Source: Pirellulales bacterium
Lineage (GTDB): Bacteria > Planctomycetota > Planctomycetia > Pirellulales > JAICIG01
DNA length: 64,000 bases
Assembly (NCBI GenBank): GCA_040901675.1
Contig: JBBDYJ010000001.1
Location: forward strand, 75,618-139,617
Reading direction: 5' to 3'
Shown here one piece after another: positions 58,101-64,000 of the stretch. The position numbers and the translations under genes were made by a program. The notes under the pieces are model-generated. The model was not told where the DNA came from. It did no database searches and saw only the letters and a list, made by a program, of their open reading frames with translations. Numbering within the stretch: position 1 is the first letter of the stretch; each line of letters begins with the position of its first letter.

Positions 58101-58967
58101 CACGGCATACTCGATGGCCTCGATCGCGTCGCTCAGCGACCCGCTGCCCGTTTCGTCCAGGAACTTCAAGGCCATGATCCGCGCGCTGAAGCTCACGCCG
58201 GTCACGCCGATGCCGTTGTCGCCCACCGCGGCGACGGTGCCGGCCACGTGCGTTCCGTGGTTGTGGTCGTCGAGCGGATCGCCGTCGCGGTTGACGAAGT
58301 CGTAGCCGTACACGTCGTCGGCGTAGCCGTTTCCGTCGTTGTCGATGCCATCGCCGGGAATCTCGCCCGCGTTGACCCACATGTTGGCCGCCAGGTCCTC
58401 GTGCAGGTGGTCCACGCCGGTGTCGATCACCGCCACGATGGTGTTGGAAGTGCCGGTGGTCACGTCCCAGGCCAACGGTGCGTCGATGTCCGCGTCGTCC
58501 GTCCCGCCGGTCTGACCCTGGTTGTGGAGGCCCCACAGGGCGCCGAACTGCGGATCGTTGGGAAAGCCGGCCAGGTGTACCCGGTAGTCCGGCTCGGCGT
58601 AGAGCACCGCCGGATTGGCCCGGTAGGCGGCCAGGGTCTCTTCGAGCGAAGTGCCCGGCGGCAGTCCGAACTTGTGCAGGCCGGGCACGACCGGCAAGCT
58701 GCGCTCCATCGCGCCCACCGGCATCGGGGCGGCGCCGGGCGGCTGGCATTCGGCGGCGAAGCAGGCCGGCTCGTCGCGGAAGCGAACGAGGATGCTTTGT
58801 ATGTCCGGGGCGGTCGAGTCCAACAGGAGGCGGCCGCCCAGGTCGATCGTTCCTGCCGCCGTGGCAGCCAGCAGCCTTCGCTCTTCCAACCGCTCGAAGC
58901 GGCCATAAGCGGCCCGGTTTGGCCAATCGCGGCCGATGCCGTGCCGTCGAGGACGGGAGCCTGCCAT
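55047..58967 (-). CDS. Secreted S8 subtilase with planctomycete LEPR-XLL-type signal and four tandem beta-sandwich repeats
   Basis: RFERLEERRLLA; VAVIDTG (Asp), HGTHVAG (His), GTSMATPHV (Ser); four repeats of about 187 aa. Confidence 0.93.
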   Translation of the reverse strand: MAGSRPRRHGIGRDWPNRAAYGRFERLEERRLLAATAAGTIDLGGRLLLDSTAPDIQSILVRFRDEPACFAAECQPPGAAPMPVGAMERSLPVVPGLHKFGLPPGTSLEETLAAYRANPAVLYAEPDYRVHLAGFPNDPQFGALWGLHNQGQTGGTDDADIDAPLAWDVTTGTSNTIVAVIDTGVDHLHEDLAANMWVNAGEIPGDGIDNDGNGYADDVYGYDFVNRDGDPLDDHNHGTHVAGTVAAVGDNGIGVTGVSFSARIMALKFLDETGSGSLSDAIEAIEYAVAMGATISNNSWGANEEFSQALYDAIAAAGAAGHLFVTAAGNGFFGIPLNNDSTPFYPANYELDNIVVVAATDHHDALGSFSNYGATTVDLGAPGVDILSTTRNNTYSTFSGTSMATPHVSGAAALLRGQHPEWSYSQVIAQLFATVDPVAALAGKSVTGGRLNVASALGNPEPPPPSGTLPIVEDFEDGIADFFGSQTGSWVVNGGRYHTTPLNGQDAITTLRIEGDLPANLEIQATIQADAATGNYSSNAFVIFDYQSPTDFKFAGAYAGVDRWLVGRRTSDGWLEDATLSQVIDAGRDYNLRVTIEEPARVTLFVDGVRKLSHDFAGDLSDGRLGLATRNAVSHFDDIWVDVFDPPPPPPPPSSSPLPIDEDFDDDVADHLQPETGTWQLFDGRYHASPIDSGNAVSLLLVEGGLPSSVELSATINSSAAAGSYLSNALLIFDYQGPDDFKFAGAYDGANRWLIGRRTASGWFEDAGLGQTIDSGRDYQVHLAIDEGSLASLSVDGTSKVSFAFNESVVDGGLGLGTRNAISRFDNVQAAERVPPPPPPEGTLPIEEDFDDGLADYFLVRQGTWQAASGRYDASPVGGGDAISTVSIAGSLPLPLEVEARINVQAATGSLLSNALVVFDYQGPTDFKFAGAYAGAGRWLIGRRTVSGWLEDAKLSETIQADRDYDLKVLLDETGRATLFVDGAAKLGHTFTDSLSDGAVGLATRNALAKFDNVSVQEHVPPPPPPSGTLPIQEDFNDDLADFFLVRSGTWQASSGRYHASPISGGDAVSTLRIADPLPADLEMRATINANAPTGSLLSNALLVFDYQGPTDFKFAGAYEGANRWLIGRRTASGWLEDTKLNEAIDPTRDYRLTLRIESGTRATLIVDGATKLSFTYGDTLIDGTLGLATRNAVSHFDDVAVEQSVSAGTAQAAMLFSQPASGEDKTSQAERRDNSQWESPHDRPGGRAPAVAPRLDTMVQPQTQTFDGLSKLLATRAAFDDETLLDYWPLAAWSAGGSTGGSSSR
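55355..57575 (-). repeat. Four coding tandem repeats (period about 560 bp) separated by poly-Pro linkers
   Basis: Each has LPI.EDF.D..AD, FDYQ.P.DFKFAGAY.G..RWL.GRRT..GW.ED, GL.TRNA...FD. Confidence 0.92.
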
Positions 58968-59213
58968 AGGATTCGCTTTCCAGCTCTGTGGAGTATCGAG
59001 GAGCACCAGAAAAGGCCGTCGTTGCCGCTTGTAAATTGGGCCACTTCCGTTGTCAATCAAAATCGAGCGCCATTGCCGATTTGCCGGCTCGTATTGGTGC
59101 GGCCGGGCCGGTTATAACGATTGGAGAATGTTTTCCGCTTCGGACGTGTGCCACTCTTGTGAAGGCGGCGGCGATCGCGGCCGGCTTCGAGCCGTGCCAA
59201 GCTGAACACTGAA

Positions 59214-59621
59214 ATGAGCGACGAGTTCGACTCACCTCAAGCCGATTCACCCGAGTCGGCGGGCAACGACGCTGCCGACGGCTATGTCCTCGACCCCGAG
59301 ACGGACCGGGCGGCCGACGAGCCGTCCGGCGGTTCCCGCGAATTAATTGACCTGGTCAAGGCCGCGATCCTTGCCGACGCCGACCAGGAGCGGCGCTTCT
59401 CGCTGGCCGGTTTGTTGGCGGTGGTGACGCTGGCGGGCCTTGTTCTGGGGATCGGCACGCACCTCTCGCCAGCGGTGTTCGCGGGCGTGACTGGTCTGGC
59501 CGCGTTGGCTGGGATGGTGGCTCTGGCCGTGGCGCAAGACCGCTGGGCCATCGCTCAGCTCGCCTGGTGGGTGCTGTTTGCGATTTACCTCTTAGCCACC
59601 GCCCGCGCAATCTGGCTCTGA
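59214..59621 (+). CDS. Hypothetical membrane protein
   Basis: Acidic N-terminus, RRFSLAGLL motif, three TM helices. Confidence 0.65.
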   Translation: MSDEFDSPQADSPESAGNDAADGYVLDPETDRAADEPSGGSRELIDLVKAAILADADQERRFSLAGLLAVVTLAGLVLGIGTHLSPAVFAGVTGLAALAGMVALAVAQDRWAIAQLAWWVLFAIYLLATARAIWL

Positions 59622-59634
59622 GTCTGGCATCGCT

Positions 59635-60669
59635 TCATCTCGTGGCTTTTCTTGCCGCTTGCTGCACTGGCTCATACGATTGGCGAAACTTCTTCATCAC
59701 CGCGTCCAGCTCCGCCGCATCCCTCTTTCGGATCGCCTGCTGCGCCTCCAGCAGAGCTTCGCTCGCTGCCTTCACCTGCGCCCGCAGCTCATCCACCGTC
59801 GGCGGCTCATTCCACATTGTCAGGGCCGGGATCGCCGGTCCCCCTTCCGCCAGGTCGCCTATTGCATCGAAGGCCTGCTCCGCGCCCTCCTGCATCGCCT
59901 CCCAGTCCTTGTTCGGCAGCGCCTGCTCCAGCGCGCTGACCGATGTGTCGATGCTGGCGATTTGCTGCAATGCAAACTGTCGCGCGAGCCGGCCCGTCGG
60001 CGGCACCCCCAGCATGAATGCAATCACCAGCGATCCCGCCGTAAGGACCGCCACCAGCATCAGCCCCATCGCAACCGTCCCCAGCGCCGACAGCCGCATG
60101 AGCGGCTTGTTCTCGCTGCGCACGCGCCACTCGAACAGGCCGCACAGCACCGCGGCCAGGAGCACCAAGAACGTCGTGTACCCGCCCCCGAGGTCACTCA
60201 GGCCGTTCAGGAACGCAGGCATCCACGATGCGCCGGCCTGGTCAACGGTTGCAGAATCGATCAAGCCATCCCGCATGAGTCTCTGAAACTTCGGCACGAG
60301 CATGATCACCGCGAAGGCGATCCACAATACCTCCAGCGCGATCACGCCCGCCAGTGCCAGATACGCCCACGACATCCACAGCCATTTGGCTTTCATGGTC
60401 ATCTCCTTCCAGTGCATGGCCTTGTCGATCACCACCGGCAGCAGCCGGTGCCCGTGTGTCGCTTCCAACTCCGATCTCACCTCCTCCGGCCCGCCGAAAT
60501 CCTCCAGCGCCCGGGTCAGCGCTTCCTCCTCCGACAGTCCGGCCGAGCGGTGTTCGGCCGCGGCGTCGCGCACATGTTCCCGCAGCTCCTGCCGAATGTG
60601 CTGGCGCAGCGACCTCGGACCGCCGATGCTGCGACAGACCTGATCGAGGTAATGCTCAAGTTGGTCCAT
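59635..60669 (-). CDS. Permease-prefix-domain-1 membrane protein (PadR partner) with C-terminal helical bundle
   Basis: LE.YL..V.......IR.EL.EH.......G.SEEEA..RALEDFG.P; three TM helices. Confidence 0.82.
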   Translation of the reverse strand: MDQLEHYLDQVCRSIGGPRSLRQHIRQELREHVRDAAAEHRSAGLSEEEALTRALEDFGGPEEVRSELEATHGHRLLPVVIDKAMHWKEMTMKAKWLWMSWAYLALAGVIALEVLWIAFAVIMLVPKFQRLMRDGLIDSATVDQAGASWMPAFLNGLSDLGGGYTTFLVLLAAVLCGLFEWRVRSENKPLMRLSALGTVAMGLMLVAVLTAGSLVIAFMLGVPPTGRLARQFALQQIASIDTSVSALEQALPNKDWEAMQEGAEQAFDAIGDLAEGGPAIPALTMWNEPPTVDELRAQVKAASEALLEAQQAIRKRDAAELDAVMKKFRQSYEPVQQAARKATR

Positions 60670-60991
60670 GAGCTTTCTCCAGAATGCGGTTCACGGCCTG
60701 GCACAACTCGGTCCAGGATCGCAGCTTTCCCTTGAGCGCCGCTCGCCCCTTCTCCGTGATGTGGTAATAACGCCGCTTGCGTCCGGTCTCTTTCTCCTCC
60801 CACTGGCCGACGATCAACCCGTCGGCCTGCATCTTGTGCAGACTCGGATACAACGAGCCCTCGCGCCAGGTGAACGCCCCGTCGGTATCCCGATGCACGG
60901 TCGCGGCAATCTCGTAGCCGTACATCGATTTCCGGCTGAGCAGCGACAAGATCAGCAGCGAAAGCGTGCCTTTGAGCAGCTCAGTGTCCAT
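60656..60991 (-). CDS. PadR family transcriptional regulator
   Basis: LLKG.L.LLILSLL....YGYEI, EGSLYP.LH, RRYYHIT.KG. Confidence 0.95.
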   Translation of the reverse strand: MDTELLKGTLSLLILSLLSRKSMYGYEIAATVHRDTDGAFTWREGSLYPSLHKMQADGLIVGQWEEKETGRKRRYYHITEKGRAALKGKLRSWTELCQAVNRILEKAHGPT

Positions 60992-60999
60992 GACCGGCC

Positions 61000-61063
61000 A
61001 AAAGCAAAGGAGTTCGATACATAGGACTCCTTTGTTTTATCGTACACAATCCCTTGTTGTCAA
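61000..61063 (-). promoter_or_regulatory. Putative padR promoter/operator with inverted repeats
   Basis: Minus-strand TTGACA at 61063-61058; palindrome ACATAGGA-C-TCCTTTGT; hairpin arms 61000-61013 and 61026-61038. Confidence 0.5.
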
Positions 61064-61086
61064 GAAGAATCCACAATGCCCAAGAT

Positions 61087-61395
61087 TTAGCGCTGGCGGG
61101 CCATGCTGCTCAAGGCGCGGCCGGCAGGCCTGCGACCGCGGGCCAGGGCGCGGGCGGCTGCACGGCCGACGGCACGGGCCATGAATCCGGCGGCGACCAC
61201 CGCCAACGCCGTCCCGGCAATGACGGCGAATGAACCGATGGCCAACAAGAGATAGAGCACCATCGCCAGCAGGCAGGCCAGCGTCGCCAGCACGTGGATC
61301 GGATACGTCATGGCGACCCAGATCGCCGTGGCGGCGGTGAGCGTCAGCGCGAACAGCGCAGAAAGCCGAAATTGAAATGGCCGCCTCGGGCGCAT
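61087..61395 (-). CDS. Small hypothetical membrane protein
   Basis: AGGAG SD; RRPFQFRLSALFAL motif and hydrophobic helices. Confidence 0.6.
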   Translation of the reverse strand: MRPRRPFQFRLSALFALTLTAATAIWVAMTYPIHVLATLACLLAMVLYLLLAIGSFAVIAGTALAVVAAGFMARAVGRAAARALARGRRPAGRALSSMARQR

Positions 61396-61759
61396 GGCGT
61401 CGCTCCTGGCCGCTTTTTACTGTATCGGCCCGGTACAGCAACCCGCAATCCACGTGCCCGGCGGCGGGCACGAAGATCTGGCCTGCGGGCCGGGGCATCA
61501 ACCCGTCTGCCAGGGGCGGTCGGCGCCCCCTTTCGGCCGGCGAACTCGCGCTTGACCGTTGTTTCCGGACTCGATAGAATCCCGAATGGATCAACAGGAA
61601 GTTGGCAGCTTGCAGTTCTGTTCCGTCGATTCCGGCAAATAGCGTGTGTCGCCACCGGCGCGGCCGGCAAACCGCGTTCCAAGCGGCCCGCGAGCTGGCG
61701 TGGAGAAAGAGGCCACGCCCGCAGTTTGCTTTCGTGGGGCAAGAGCAGGAACGCGTAGG

Positions 61760-62662
61760 ATGCACGTTCGCTCGTCCGCGGCAGGACTCGAAGTCCTGGC
61801 GCCGGCTAAGTTGAATCTGTTCTTGGAGGTGCTCGGCAAGCGCGGCGATGGTTTCCATGAGATTGAAACCCTCATGTACCCCATCGGCTTGTACGACAGC
61901 TTGCACTTCCAGGCAGATCCGTCGGGCCAGGTCCGGCTGGCGTGCCACGCGGCCAGCCCGGCCGACGCTCAGGCCGCCGAAGACCGGCTGCCCCAAGGTC
62001 CCGATAACCTCGCCTGGCGGGCCGCCGACTTGTTGCGCCGACGGGCGGGCGTGGCGCCAGGCGCTCGACTGCGGCTGGTAAAGCGGATCCCGCTGGCCGC
62101 CGGCTTGGCCGGCGGATCCAGCGACGCGGCCGCGGCCCTGGTGGCCGGAAACCACGTCTGGCAACTCGGCTGGACTCGCCAACAGCTCAGCCAGTTGGCG
62201 GCCGAACTGGGCAGCGACGTGCCCTTCTTTCTCGGCCATGGCCCGGCCGTATGCGGCGGCCGTGGCGAGCGGATCGCACCGGCCCCCGGCCTGGGATCGC
62301 ACTGGTTCGTGGTGGCACACCCGCCCGAGGGCCTCTCGACCGCCGAGGTGTACCGCCGTTGCCTGCCGGCCGAGCGGCCGCGCCAGCTCAAGCCGTTGGC
62401 CGATGCGCTGGCCCGCGGCTGGTTGGCCCGGGCGGGAAGCCTGTTTTACAACGCCCTGCAGCCGGCCGCCGAAATGTTGTCGCCATGGATCGGCCGCTTG
62501 AAGCAGGAGTTCGCCAGGTGGGATTTCGTCGGCCATGCCATGACGGGCAGCGGAACTGGTTATTTCGGCCTCTGCCGGCATGCGCGCCACGCCCGGCGGC
62601 TGGCGGCACATTTGCGTTCAAGGGGCGTAGGCCGTGTCTACGCCGTTTGCGGTAGTTGTTGA
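61760..62662 (+). CDS. ispE: 4-diphosphocytidyl-2-C-methyl-D-erythritol kinase
   Basis: APAKLNLFLEV.GKR.DGFHEIET, KRIP.AAGLAGGSSDAA, LGSDVPFF, MTGSG. Confidence 0.96.
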   Translation: MHVRSSAAGLEVLAPAKLNLFLEVLGKRGDGFHEIETLMYPIGLYDSLHFQADPSGQVRLACHAASPADAQAAEDRLPQGPDNLAWRAADLLRRRAGVAPGARLRLVKRIPLAAGLAGGSSDAAAALVAGNHVWQLGWTRQQLSQLAAELGSDVPFFLGHGPAVCGGRGERIAPAPGLGSHWFVVAHPPEGLSTAEVYRRCLPAERPRQLKPLADALARGWLARAGSLFYNALQPAAEMLSPWIGRLKQEFARWDFVGHAMTGSGTGYFGLCRHARHARRLAAHLRSRGVGRVYAVCGSC

Positions 62663-62684
62663 ACATCTTTGAAGGAGAGCAGCC

Positions 62685-63308
62685 GTGCAGATCACCGAGG
62701 TTCGCATCAAGCTCATGGAAGACGCCGGTGAACGGCTTCAAGGGTTCTGTTCGATCACCTTTGACGACTGTTTTGTCGTGCGGGACCTGAAGATCATCGA
62801 AGGCACCAGCGGGCCCTTTGTGGCCATGCCCAGCCGCAAGCTGACCTCGCATTGCCCGCAGTGCGGATCGAAGAACCACCTGCGGGCAGGCTACTGCAAC
62901 CAGTGCGGGCAGCGGCTCAAAGAGGACCGCGGCCCGGCAACCGAGGAGGGGCGTGCCAAGCTCTATGCGGACATCGCCCATCCGATCAATTCGGGTTGCC
63001 GCGAAATGATCCAGGATCGGGTAATCCAGGCCTTCCGCGACGAGGTCGAGCGGTCGAAGCTGCCCGGCTACGTCTCCAGCTACGACGATTTCGACGACGA
63101 GGCCGTACACGCGCCCTCGCACGAGCGGGGTCCGCACCGGCGCAGCGAGCGGCCTCCGGCTCCCGCACCGGCAGTTGCGGTCGCCGACCGGCCTACGCCG
63201 GAAAGGAACAAGGTCCAGCCGCCCGAACAGGAGCCGCGTGGTCCGCACAAGCTGCGAGAGCGTCAGACAGCGCCTCAAGGCAGCAGCTTCGGGGCCGGCA
63301 TTTGGTAA
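62685..63308 (+). CDS. spoVG: SpoVG family nucleic-acid-binding protein with Zn-ribbon insert
   Basis: [46 protein letters not shown] insert; AAGGAG SD. Confidence 0.93.
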   Translation: MQITEVRIKLMEDAGERLQGFCSITFDDCFVVRDLKIIEGTSGPFVAMPSRKLTSHCPQCGSKNHLRAGYCNQCGQRLKEDRGPATEEGRAKLYADIAHPINSGCREMIQDRVIQAFRDEVERSKLPGYVSSYDDFDDEAVHAPSHERGPHRRSERPPAPAPAVAVADRPTPERNKVQPPEQEPRGPHKLRERQTAPQGSSFGAGIW

Positions 63309-63350
63309 AGGGCCACGTCAAGAGGCAGAAGTTAAAAGGAGGGGCACGAC

Positions 63351-63613
63351 GGGGGCCTGGAGGCAAAGCGTCAGCGTGCCCCAGCAAGGCATTTTGGTGA
63401 ACAGGTACCGGCGTGGCGCGCGGCCGAAACCCAGTGGGGAGTAGGCCGCGCCGCCGGCACTACCGAAGGCAGAAGGAGGCATCGACAAGGCGACACGGGG
63501 ATAAGGCGACGCGGGGGGATGCGAACGAAGAACTGGGGCACGCTACGACTCGACTGAGCTCGCGACTCGACTGAGCTCGCCGAAGTCCGAAGTCCGCTTT
63601 GCCCCAGGCACCC
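63351..63613. repeat. Inverted pair of REP-like elements (63351-63385 +, 63532-63613 -), the second interrupted by a 48-bp insert
   Basis: Both align to the 32487-32520 element. Confidence 0.8.
63547..63594 (+). mobile_element. 48-bp nested dimer of the 24-bp element GACTCGACTGAGCTCGCCGAAGTC
   Basis: Inner copy 63564-63587 splits an identical outer copy; excision restores the REP seen at 32487-32520. Confidence 0.88.
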
Positions 63614-63696
63614 GGCGAGAGATCTTCTTCGTCCCTCGTCTTTGTGTTCCTAGTGCTCTTTGTGGTTTCCTCGTCTTCGTCGCCGTCGCGCGTGCA

Positions 63697-63999
63697 TCAG
63701 GCAAAGTAACGCACCGCGTTGCGGAAGACTGCCAGGCCGGCCCCTTCGGCCGGCATGGGGCCGCGGGTCCAGCGCGGGTGCTGCGTGGGGTCGACGTGAC
63801 GCTCGGGATGCGGCATCAGGCCGCAGACGCGGCCGGTCGCGTCGCAGATGGCGGCCACGTCGCGCTGCGAGCCATTGGGGTTGGCCGGGTAGGGCGCGGG
63901 GCCGTTCGCCGCTTCGGCCACGTAGCGCAGGGCCAGCCGGCCCTCGGCCTCCAATGCCGACAACACCTGCTCGTCGCGGGCCACGAATTTGCCCTCGGC
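63697..63999 (-). CDS. purQ: Phosphoribosylformylglycinamidine synthase subunit I (3' part; 5'-partial)
   Basis: AEGKF, YPANPNGS, GLMPHPER, FRNAV. Confidence 0.93.
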   Translation of the reverse strand, partial: AEGKFVARDEQVLSALEAEGRLALRYVAEAANGPAPYPANPNGSQRDVAAICDATGRVCGLMPHPERHVDPTQHPRWTRGPMPAEGAGLAVFRNAVRYFA

Positions 64000-64000
64000 A

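Noticed and set aside
61655..61700. c-di-GMP-I riboswitch suggested by GGCAAACC upstream of ispE
   Set aside because: The GNRA-capped stem and downstream GCAAAG/P3 elements are missing.

Overview
High-GC bacterial DNA with hallmarks of Planctomycetota (inferred from the LEPR-XLL-type signal motif, the kinase-WD40-TPR gene, the Zn-ribbon SpoVG and the MoxR/vWA/prenyltransferase-repeat operon). 1-23.3 kb is one long + strand envelope operon: PQQ-type beta-propeller, prenyltransferase-repeat protein, MoxR AAA+, DUF58, two vWA membrane proteins, coiled-coil proteins, an NPCBM protein and three tandem HtrA/S1C-PDZ genes, of which only the first keeps a catalytic triad. The remainder is a mosaic of housekeeping genes (hemC, comF, lptF/G-like, acyl-CoA synthetase, ispE, spoVG, purQ), regulators (BlaI/BlaR1, PadR), secreted proteins (LRR protein, multi-domain subtilase), a diverged tandem duplication, gene remnants at junctions and many short intergenic repeat/REP families. 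The most striking signal is a 24-bp palindromic mini-element (GACTCGACTGAGCTCGCCGAAGTC) nested inside a copy of itself. This 48-bp unit occurs once in-frame inside comF (+16 aa) and once inside a REP-like repeat whose uninterrupted allele is also in this window. No rRNA, tRNA, CRISPR array, transposase or reverse transcriptase was recognised. All family assignments come from reading motifs by eye, not from database searches.
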